A stretch of 64,000 bases of DNA, from assembly GCF_006345805.1 (NCBI RefSeq), contig NC_043001.1, positions 53,072,001 to 53,136,000 on the forward strand, given 5' to 3'. This DNA is from Octopus sinensis. Lineage: Eukaryota. The notes beneath the pieces were generated by a model. The model ran no database searches. It saw only the letters and a list, made by a program, of their open reading frames with translations, and had not been told where the DNA came from. The position numbers and the translations under genes were made by a program. This document shows, in pieces, positions 53,122 to 64,000 of the stretch. Within the stretch, counting starts at the first letter, position 1; each line of letters starts with the position of its first letter.

Positions 53122-56100
53122 ATATATATATATATATATATATGTTTGTGTGTGTGTCATACTTACATACATAGATGAGCGTGTAAACATCCATGTACAC
53201 ATACACATATATGCGTATGCATATGTGTACATGTGTGTGTGTGTGCAGGCGTGTATGTGTGTGTGCACGCGTGTATGTGTGTGTGCACGCGTGTATGTGT
53301 GTGTGAGTGTGTGTGTATGTGTGTGTATTCGAATATATTTATGAAAGTATGTATGACGAAATTTGAAGACAGAAATTTAATTAAAACCAGATGTATCAGG
53401 TTAGATAAATAATTCCACACCACTTTGTAAAATTCAGACTAAATCATCCACAGTGGCGTTTTCGCTACAATCACATAAACACATAATATTTGACTATTCA
53501 TTTAATATTCCTTTTCTTCTGCAACATTATCTACGATACAAAGGGTTATCGTTGTGTGAACGACGAATGAAAAAATTAGCTGAGACAAAAAAGGGACGGG
53601 TGGGGAGGACTATGCTGGAGAACTTGAATTCAGGACTGGAGATACTTAAATTGACATTTGTAAATCTCGAAAGCTTTTTACTCATACAATAAAATATTGA
53701 TTTTTGTTTACATATGCTTTCGGCTAGAAATATGCGTGGAGAAAGTGAAACGGAAGTTTCTTTTCTGCTTACGTGTTATCCTTATGGGCATTAGTGACGC
53801 ACAAGAAATTAATTTTCTAAACTCCAGAATCGATACTTGAACACTGTGCGTTCACATTGTGTTTAAACTCAATTTTTCAGCCAGGAAAAAACATTAGACT
53901 TACCACATCATATACATTATGAAAGAAGAACGCTTTAATTCTTCAGATATTTAATACAATACAACTTACCAGTAGAATTAATATAAAGAAAAGATTTAAC
54001 ATTTTCTCCTAAAAATCTCTAAACTCTAATGCCGTGCAACATCTCTATTGATGATGATATTTAGAAATAAAAATAGAAAATAGTACTTAATTCTCGAAAT
54101 AACTGAAGAGATTCTCGGGAACAATGCAAATTTCGTTATGCTTCATTTTATAACAATTATTTTGCGGCATGTAAAAAGTCAGCGCTAATCTATCAGTAAT
54201 TCTTGTATTGATGCGGTTTGTCCCGGTGGCGTGTTCGAAACAGACTTATCGGAACATCGTTGAGACATTGGAGGCAAGAATTATGCACCCAGTTTTACAA
54301 GACGCTTCCTACGCAATATTTTGGATAATAGAAGCTGCTGCATATCGTTTCATACCTTATATTATCGGTACAGTATTAACGTTTGCATATTGTTATTTGA
54401 TTGATCCTTACTTTCGATAAATCTTAAGATGATATTTATTTTGGAAGTAAGAAGCAGATTTAACCTCATTGAAATAATAGTTCTTTGAAAGAAAGATTTG
54501 TGCTTTGGAGTAATGGAAATATTTGGGAGTATTGTCTGTCCGTAAGAGGAAACCTAGATGGAATGCAATAGTGGTTATTTTTGAATAGTGGTAATTTCAA
54601 TAGGCCACAACATATCTACATATGTTCATGATGAAAAGCCGTAGATGCCTGGATTTACAATCACTCAACTCAATGAGCAATTCTATAAACCGTGCTAGTA
54701 ATTTCCTGACCTCAGTTAATATTTCAGATGACATTCACCCAAGCTAAATGCGTTTTTAGTGATACAAGCTTGTCTCTAAAAGAATTGAATCCTTATTAAA
54801 CCGTAGTTATAAGTATTTTGAGTTTAACATGCTAAACTGTAAGACCTATTTACTATATATCGTCTCATTCATCAGGCTATGTTCATACGATTATACTCTG
54901 GAAATAAAAAAATTCAATAATTAGTTATCTGAAACTATCAGAACTGAACGTGATTATAGTATATCAGAAGCATCATACTGTTTACGATTGGCAGTGATTT
55001 ATCAAAGTCTACGGTTAATAACATTTTAAGAAAATCATTATTAATTATATGTATATTTGGCAATTACAGCAAGTTCAATATTTAATTTTAATCATGTTTT
55101 GTCACTTCATTTACAGAAAATAGTTTATTTATGGTAAATATATAAATGACATAAGATATGTTACCGATATGCTATATATCGTTATCTTTCAGACGGAAAA
55201 AACCATTACACACGATAAGGTCTATAATATAACTATATACACTAATGGAAGAGGCAATCGCATTTCTGTTGTGTTTATTTGGCACCATAGAGAGTTTTTT
55301 TATCTAACGAGTAATTTTAGCTACTCGAAAACAAATTTTTTTTCCCTAATTCTGTTATCAGGTGTGTAGGCGCATGTACGCATGTGTATGTGTGCGTATG
55401 ATTTCAATAATTTCATAACAAAGTATTCAATTATTTTGGCATATAAGCGTACTTTATTTGACAACATTTTGAAGAAAAATAAGTGAATCAATGGTATCGC
55501 TTAGTAACATCGATGAAACTTACCAAATTTCGTATTCTTATCTTTGTAGAATGTAAAACAATATATTCATTGATGGAGATTACTAATTGATGTTGAAGTT
55601 TTGATTTGGCTTCTGCTAAATATCTAGATTGAGCGTAGTATTTAATATCATGAAGAGCTTTATTTTTTTGTCGCAGCAGTATTATATCAGAATGGAAAAT
55701 TGTACAGAAATATACTTAATCATTGTGCTATATAAGATTTTCTGTTTATAATCACATTGAATTATTTAAGGATTTTATCAGTGTAAATCACAGTAAATCA
55801 AATGTTCACCATCTGTACTGTTGGTAATTTCATTCGTTCAGCATTGTATATAAAACTCAAATGTTTGGACAGGTCAGAAAATTGATCGAAACACGTCTAA
55901 TTTATAAACTTATGCAAATAAAGCGCATTGCAGGCAGTCTGTATATGAGAGATGAACCTGCTAGAGATACTTACCAAAATCTCTTTCCCATTACACTCGC
56001 ATTATATAATATCTTATGAGGAACACAAGCCCGCAAAAGCCATAAGATGAAGGTAGCTGAATGTCATGATTTATTATACTACTTTCAGAAGAAAGAAAAC

Positions 56101-58773
56101 ATTATACTTGATTTTATAAATTTAAATTCTATGAATTTCTGAAAGAAAGAAATATGTCACAATTAAACAAGACCCTGCCTCAGCAATGAATAAAAGGAAC
56201 AAAATTCCTTATAACTTAACATTTTATATATGGAATATCCCAAGAAATAACAAAGAATGTTCTTAGATAAGATAAGGAATAAATGCACAAATATGTACGA
56301 GGTATATTATATTTTGTAATAAATGACCATGCAGGGAGTTACTCCGTTTCAATTCGTAAGAAATATGGATTCTCCGTAGATTCCCTATTTTATGAATAAA
56401 TAGTTTAAGAATTATTCAATATAATGGTAGGGTGTTACCTAAAATCTGAAAAATGTACTTTCTGTACTGAGATCTTCTCACTCGTATGTATATATGCCTA
56501 TATGGTAGCCATTCCTCATATATTTTACATTAATACATTAGCAATGCAACACACAAAGAAATATTTTCAAGTAATATTCTTTACCATCAATTAACAACAC
56601 ATAAAAATCATAACCAATTATTTTCTGTGGATCAAAGAGAAGCAACATCCCTCAAAATGATTCTTTATATCCTGTAAACTATACCACTTAATTCTGACTC
56701 GGTTATTTCCAGTGACTGATACCTATACAATTACTATGCGTATCATTCCTTATACTTTCTTATAAATATGTAGCCATGTATCGTAGTATTAAACGGTTTC
56801 ATTTTCGTCTTTTTTAAAGTGAGACACAAATTTTGTTTGTTTAGAACACGGCCGGAAGCTAATCTGTAAATTATCATATTAACTACGAAGCGTCTGTAAT
56901 TCTTAAATCTCTACATGACTGAAGAATTTGTATAAAAGGATTCTCTGTTAGCACCAGCATCTATAGAAACATTTATTTTGATGCTAAATCTATAAGATTT
57001 ACGAAAATGTGACTTAATTACATTTGTGCCTATAACGATTATATCTAATTTCAATGAACAACCGAATGATCACAATAATACTCTTTAAAGATCTTTTTTT
57101 CCGTTTCAGTCATCACTTCTTCAAGCAAAACGGAAAAATTTCTTGGCAATTCCAATATACCGAATCCACGCGGTATTGAAAACAACTTTCAAAGTTGACT
57201 CTCTTGCAAATGTATAGGTTTGTATTATTAACTTTAATGTAAGTGATATTATCTTTGTTGTCAAATGAACAGGAATGCTTTGAAAATTACGTAAATGATA
57301 ACTTTGCCATTTCATTTGAAATGTGTATGTTTTGCTGTAGAACAAAACCGTATCGATAAATATCTTCGTTTCAATAGTAGCAATGAAATATTAAAAAGCA
57401 AAATGACATTAGTCTAACAGGAATGTCTATTTGAAAAAAGGTTGAATATATCAAACTCCTATACATTTTGTTTACAGTGAACATCGATTATATGCTATTT
57501 GTAAGTGGATTAACACATGCTTAACTGTATGGATGTAATGAAATTACGCCTTTTGTAATTCAATATCAAACGTATGCATATACTGTTGTATGTTCGAGAT
57601 TCCCACAGTAATAATCAAGACTTCATTGCACTTACATGTATAAATATATCATATATCATTGGAGATCAATGGGCTAACAGTGTGGCACTACATATATGAA
57701 CAGTTTTCATCTAAATGTACCTAGTCCAAGTTACTGCATATCGATATCTAAATTTTGACTTTAGACTCTGCCCCTAGATTATTTTATGTCATTCTGGTTG
57801 TTGTATGTCATTCGGATATATGTATACAAATCATGCCAAGAATAGATATTTTGAAAAATGCCAGATTGGGGATTATTCCTGAGGAATGATTTTAAGAAAC
57901 TATATCAGCATTTTTATATTCAATGCATGAAAAGACACACATATAATACATATGTGTACTTGTATGTATGCTTATGACTAACAGAAAAATGAGTCATGTT
58001 TTGATAACATGTAAGAAACTCATTTCTGAGACGTGATCTTTGAAAATTGTGAAATAAATCATTTAATTATGATCATGTCTAACATCGAACCTCCGAGTTG
58101 CATGCAATTGTTCCAAGACCTAACGTCAATATTAGAATTGTTTTACTGATAAAGGATACATATGTGCAACGAACAGGTTCTGAAAGCTGATAAAAGAAAG
58201 TAAAATTTAAGAAAAAAGAAACAAAACTATATATACAACTCTGTCTTGAAATGTTTAAAACGTCTCTTCAAAGATGTGAGTCATTTCTCATAAAGACTGT
58301 TCACATTAATTGTACAAAAGCTTGGAGTGTAATAATAAATTTATGGTATAACCAACATTTCCATCTTGATAGCATTCAAAGGATTTCTGACCTTTGTGTA
58401 TCATATAGCTATACAATGTGACAAACATTGTATAGCTATATCAATCTTTTGCAAATCTAAGATTCATTGCTTTGTTTTTTTCCTGCAGCGAATATATAAT
58501 TTCATAGCTATATTTATTAAATATATATCGTATCGTGATGAAACACAGATGTCTAATCTCGTGCGATAAAGTGTTACTGTAAATGTCAATACTTGAACAA
58601 AGAAAATAGAAACCTTGTGGAAAAAAATCTAACGGTGAAAACGCAATACAAATTTACAGAAACAAAAATTCATCCATACATTTATACGTACACACACATA
58701 TGCAATTGCATATATATGCATATCTATATAATACACCCATTATATATATATATATATATATATACATATATAA

Positions 58774-58833
<60 letters not shown>

Positions 58834-58908
58834 CAATAGACAGACACACACACATGCTCACACACACACTCATAAATATATTTTTATATATAAATAAGTG
58901 TATATATA

Positions 58909-59750
58909 CAAGGTGTCCATAAAGTCTTTAAACAATTTCAAAAGGTTATTTCGTAAATCCTAGAAGAGGTGGCAACCGAATTCTTGTTGCATATTAATGT
59001 TATTACAGTTATATTTTTATGATATTGGTAATTTTATTAATATTATACTTTAAATCTGAGACTGCAGTTCATGTTGTTTTATGTTTTGACAATTACTACT
59101 TCACAAAATAAACGGAATGCCTATCATGCTTTATCAAAACAAAGGCTTCTATTCAAATATGAAAAAATTACCCTGCTAACTATGGAAAGAAGCTCCGGCA
59201 CCTCAGTCGCTTTGCATCTGGCATAAGCAATATATGGAAACATGGATGATGCTACATATATCAAGGACTGGAAGCCGAAGGACATCTCAATGAGACGTTG
59301 AGCGTATCCGACAGTCACATCAATGCTCCCACTCTAAGTCCATCCGTAATCTTCCGCTCAACTGCAACTATTGAGATCAACAACTCATAAAATAATCGAT
59401 AAGGATATAAGGTTTTATGAATATAAAATTCAATAGTTGCAAGCAGTCAAATAAATAAATCGAAAAGGAAATAATGTGCTATTACTATCCTACAAAATTC
59501 GCATTTTATTGCATTTCCTTTATGGATGAGCCAACATTCCATGTTGCAGGAAAAACTTAACAAGCATAATGCAAGAATTTTGGGATCAAAAGCTCCCCAA
59601 ATTACTAGAGAAATCGAAAGTGACAACCCGAAGGTCAATGTATGGGGCAGAATTTTGTGGATCCAAGATATTGTTTCATTTTTACTTTTACAAAAGAGTA
59701 ACATCTGACACTTACCGTGGTGTTTTAAAGGAATACATTATGTCACATCT
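58909..59750 (+). mobile_element. Tc1/mariner-superfamily relic (DUF4817-like HTH N-terminus)
   Basis: TA|CAAGGTGTCC terminus; DVERIRQS, MDEPTFHVAGKLNKHNARILGSKAPQITREIESDNPKVNVW resembles FSDEATFHxxGxVNxHNxRIWGSENP..DSPKVNVW. Confidence 0.75.
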
Positions 59751-60773
59751 TATATATATATATATATGGATGGATGGATGGATGGATGGACCTAAACCAT
59801 TTGATTCAAATTCCTTGGTACTCATGTGTTTCAAGCGTAGAGCTAATCTTCAAAACACTTTGAATTTGAATGACAGCTGTTGAGTATTATTACAGTAATA
59901 TGGGCTGCTATCGGTCGAGGAAGGTCACGAGGTGTTGATATATCAGTCTGATTTTGGCATATCAGGAACAGTTAGTTGGAGAGTTTACCTCGTCGTTGAC
60001 AAGAGATCGACTATGTGGTGGACAGGTAATCGGTCGGGTTATTGGAGGGGAAGTAAAAAGGGGCGGCATTTGCAAGTATATAGTTGTATATGTGGGTGTA
60101 TAGACCCATTCATATGGTTTTTCATATGTCTCTATTAATGCGAATGTCTCTGCATCTGTGCCTGTGCGCGTATGCGCACGCGCGCACACGCACACATATA
60201 TATGAACAAACATGCGCTCTCACACAAATACGCGGTGACACACAAATACACGTACGTACACTCATATGCATACACTTGTACGCAGAGACAAACATGCGTA
60301 TTCATTTATATGTACATATGTATACACATGCGTATTCATTTATATATACATATGTATGCATACTAGTGTGCACGCACATGCTTACTCGCGCGCGCGCGTA
60401 CTCATGGCTATACATGCGCCTAACAAGCATTGAGGATTGGTAACTGTTGGGAATTTGAAATTGGCAGTCCTTCTCATGGAAATCTTTGGTGGTGGTGATC
60501 TTGCTGCAGAGTAGCAGCTGGAAGTAAGGTGGTATATCCGGGGTGTCGGCAGTCAGAGGCCGGAAATTTGCCAGGCCATGCCTACCTAATGTACAAAAAA
60601 ATAAAATATTTTGCATTTTATGCATAGTAATCAGAGTAACCTTCGTAATTACATTGAATTAGGTGCATATTTTGTCGTAAAAAGAAAATGAGTCTATCGA
60701 TCTATTTTATTCAATGTAGGCACTGCCTACCTTGGCTAACAAGGAGGCACATCTCTGGTATGCATATGTATAT

Positions 60774-60818
<45 letters not shown>

Positions 60819-60865
60819 CAATGATAAATCTCAGAGCGAGTTGAAAACAGTAGCGGTAACACATC

Positions 60866-61146
60866 GTGACGCATATTTGCCATTTGAATATGGCCAACCC
60901 ATAAGGGTGGATGCTACTGTAGTTTGTAGCCCCAGGAAGATATCTCCTCCAGCTGGCTATAGACACACTATCTGTGTCCTCTCAGTATTTGTGAAGGGAA
61001 GACGGGGAGGATGACTCCCCTTCACAAATACTGAGAGGACACAGATAGTGTGTCTATAGCCAGCTGGAGGAGATATCTTCCTGGGGCTACAAACTACAGT
61101 AGCATCCACCCTTATGGGTTGGCCATATTCAAATGGCAAATATGCG

Positions 61147-61150
<4 letters not shown>
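60866..61150. repeat. perfect palindrome (133-bp arms, 19-nt spacer) between (TA)n tracts
   Basis: 60866-60998 is the exact reverse complement of 61018-61150; spacer AAGACGGGGAGGATGACTC. Confidence 0.97.
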
Positions 61151-61211
<61 letters not shown>

Positions 61212-61764
61212 GCATCCACACACAACCACACACGTATATGTATGTGTGTCTGTGTATGTACGCAGTGAGAGAGAGAGAGATACAGAGACACAGAGAGACG
61301 TGCATACTCTCATGTTCAAAACCACACTCTTCCAAATATAATACATCCATTCTCACACACACACACACAAACATGCAAACACACACACACATACACACAC
61401 ACATACATATATAATGCAAGGGTGGATGTAATAGACAAGTATGAGTCATATTTATTTTAAAATGTTACGTAATAGTAGCGTACATAATGAAATTTTGTGC
61501 GTCTCGCCCAGAATACAACATAATTTAAATGGCTGTTGGGGAAATAAAAGGTAAACAAAGAGGAAATATTCTTTTTCTGATTAGCTTTCAGCTACTTATA
61601 GGAACATGTAATAGGGAATTTTTTAGAAAATTTAGTAATTTCTTTGAATATTCTTGCTATCATGAAACTCATATATCTCTGGAGTTATAGTTTTCTCTTT
61701 GTTTTATAACTAATATTAATACATTTGTATAAACATTCCTCTGACTCATTTTGTCCACACAGTT

Positions 61765-62165
61765 GTGGCTGTGTAGCTAAGAAACTTCATGATGTGGTTT
61801 TATACTTTGTCTCACTGCATGACACCTTAGGCAAGCGTCTTTTATTCTAGCCCAAGGCCCAGAAAAGCCTTGCGGGTTGATTTGGTAGATGGAAACTGAA
61901 GTGTTTATATGTGCGGATGTGTTTGCACTTGTGTCTGTCTTTGTGTGTGCATTTATCTTTTTGTTGCACTTGTCCCCCTCCACCGGTTGACAACGATGTT
62001 GGTTTGTTTACGTCTCCGTAATTTAGAAATTAGTCAAAATAGTGCAATAGAATAGGGTCTAGGCTTATAAAGTAAATACCCGAATCAATTTGTTCTACTA
62101 AACCCTTCAAGGCGGTGCCCTAGGTTAACCACATTCTAATGACTGCAATCAGTTAAATACGAAAG
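61765..62165 (+). mobile_element. SINE family 2 (decayed)
   Basis: GTGGCTGTGTAGCTAAG...ACCTTAGGCAAGCGTC...GATTTGGTAGATGGAAACTGAAG...TTCAAGGCGGTGCC...TAATGACTG. Confidence 0.8.
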
Positions 62166-62964
62166 ATTACTAACCAGTGGATATCACTATTCTTATTCCG
62201 CGCTCTTGCATCCATACACATTTCAACATTCTTACTTAATATCTATACTCATACGCCATATTACCCTGACCTCATAAGCTAATTCCACCATATCTCCGTA
62301 CTTGTACCCATCTGTACACATATATTGACCAAACACTATTTCTCTTAAGTCGAGCAAAGAATCACTCTGCTAGATGCAACTGGAAAATCTGTATTTCTTC
62401 CCTTCCTTACTCTCGCAGAGAAGAGAATTCACCCTAATTTCTGAGTCCTTGACCTCCATCTGTGTACGTCTCTCCTTCATGTTTTCCTTTAAACACTTAG
62501 TATTTGTCTTTATAAATCTTAGTATGCTACATTTATTTGTTTCTGATGACCGAGTTGACTTTCGAAAGTTTGGAAAAATCTCGGTCTGCATAGAAGCATT
62601 AAACTGACATACATTATTTCCCTTTGATAATCTGTTTATGCTTATTGTTATACATGCATATATATATATATATATATATAATATATATATATATATATTA
62701 TATATATATATATAGTCGCTGGATAGTCGTTCCACTCTGGGAGATCTGCAGCGCACTTCCAATCATCTACTCACACAGCAGGCCTTGTCTGCAGGATCGG
62801 CGTGGGATGTTTGTAACGGGCCAAGTTTTCTTGCCTCCTGCCGCATGAAACCATGTCTCGAGTTCTGTGCGCAGCGTGTTGTACATGTGTGTGTACATAA
62901 TGTATATAGATAAATGCGCACACACACACATCTATATGCATATATATATATATATATATATACA

Positions 62965-63000
<36 letters not shown>

Positions 63001-63201
63001 AGTAGTTGAATGAATTATCTTATTAAGGATAATTCGAAAGATAACCGATACCTGGGTAGCAAATTCACATCAGAAAGAACACGGTTGAAGCTACGTCCCT
63101 AGGGCATAGACTACGTGTCTTCGTGCGGAAATTTGTATGTTTATTTTAAAATTATAAGTATATGAAAGAATGGAGTTGAACGACTAGTTAACACATCCTT
63201 T

Positions 63202-63286
63202 ATTTTCGACATATGTTTCGAAGGCTGCATATTCCTAATTCCGAAGGAATAAGGAGTACATTATGCAGATTTCTCATCAGGAAAAT
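63202..63286 (-). ncRNA. intact type I hammerhead ribozyme
   Basis: Minus strand ATTTTC-CTGATGA-GAA-AT-CTGCATA...TCCT-TATTCC-TTC-GGAAT-T-AGGA..TATGCAG-CC-TTC-GAAAC-ATAT-GTC-GAAAAT: all core nucleotides canonical, 6-bp stem I, multi-segment stem II, palindromic ACATATGT stem III. Confidence 0.85.
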
Positions 63287-64000
63287 CAAGGAACTTATGT
63301 CGGCATCAAAATGCACAAAAAACTTTTAGCTGACCGCTCTCAAGGAACCCATGGCGATAATGAGTGTCTCTTTATAAGGACTGACGTCAGAGTGGCTGAA
63401 TGTAGAAGAATCTAGAAGGTTCTAAAGGTTCAAGGGTTCAAACTAAGTAGGAGGAGGGAGGCATAACAATAGTAAGGTGAGAGAGTGCAGGTCAAAAGAA
63501 TGGTGGGTTTAAATGATTTCTTTTATGAATGAGTGCCTGTGTGTGTGACTGTATATAACTCTTAATGAGTGTATGTGTGTGTCTGAATGCGTGATTGTGT
63601 TTGTGGATGGGTAGATGTCAGAAAACTGACAGCTGTGAGGTGAGAGGTCTGTGTCTGTGTGTTCGATTATGTTTACTGTAGATAAAGGAAAGTAGATAGC
63701 GAAAGGGAGAAAGAATCGGGCGAGGTGAGATGCTACGCAAGAATGGATAGTAGTAATTGGGAATATAAGGAAATCTTTTTGACTATTCGGGTGAAATATT
63801 ACAAAAAAGGTTTGGGAAATCAAGGGCTTATCTATATTAGTCACTATTTATATGAGTGAAAGGTGTGTCTTTTCCATTGTAAACACCTGTAGGATCTTTC
63901 GACGATTGTATTTATTAAAGGGACTTTGGCGAACATGTATACATATAAACATATACACACACCCACACACACATATAGAAAATCGACTGATTGGCAGGCA

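Noticed and set aside
52795-53174. Two near-identical ORFs on opposite strands suggesting a duplicated gene
   Set aside because: Artefact of the (TA)n-centred palindrome.

Overview
AT-rich, repeat-dominated eukaryotic DNA. The SINE families and the dense (TA)n/(AAT)n/(CA)n tracts suggest an octopus/cephalopod intergenic or intronic region (inference from family recognition, not a database search). No host protein-coding gene can be supported, and most of the supplied ORFs are microsatellite translations or antisense shadows of transposon relics. The window contains: (i) Penelope-like elements (PLEs), including one nearly intact RT-thumb/GIY-YIG fragment at 23204-24346; (ii) R4/Dong-type RLE LINEs of two subfamilies associated with (TAA)n, including apparent inter-subfamily chimeras; (iii) L1/Tx1-type ORF1 and APE relics; (iv) mariner/Tc1 relics and hAT-type MITEs; (v) two tRNA-derived SINE families; (vi) several long hairpins/palindromes. 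The most system-like signal is a dispersed set of type I hammerhead-ribozyme (HHR) motifs read directly from the sequence. One is fully canonical (63202-63286, minus strand), and several occur as divergent inverted pairs next to (TA)n. Most share a long stem II, a short palindromic stem III and a GUA cleavage site, and there are recurrent non-canonical cores (CUGGAGA, CCGACGA). All alignments and folds were done by eye, so element boundaries are approximate unless stated.
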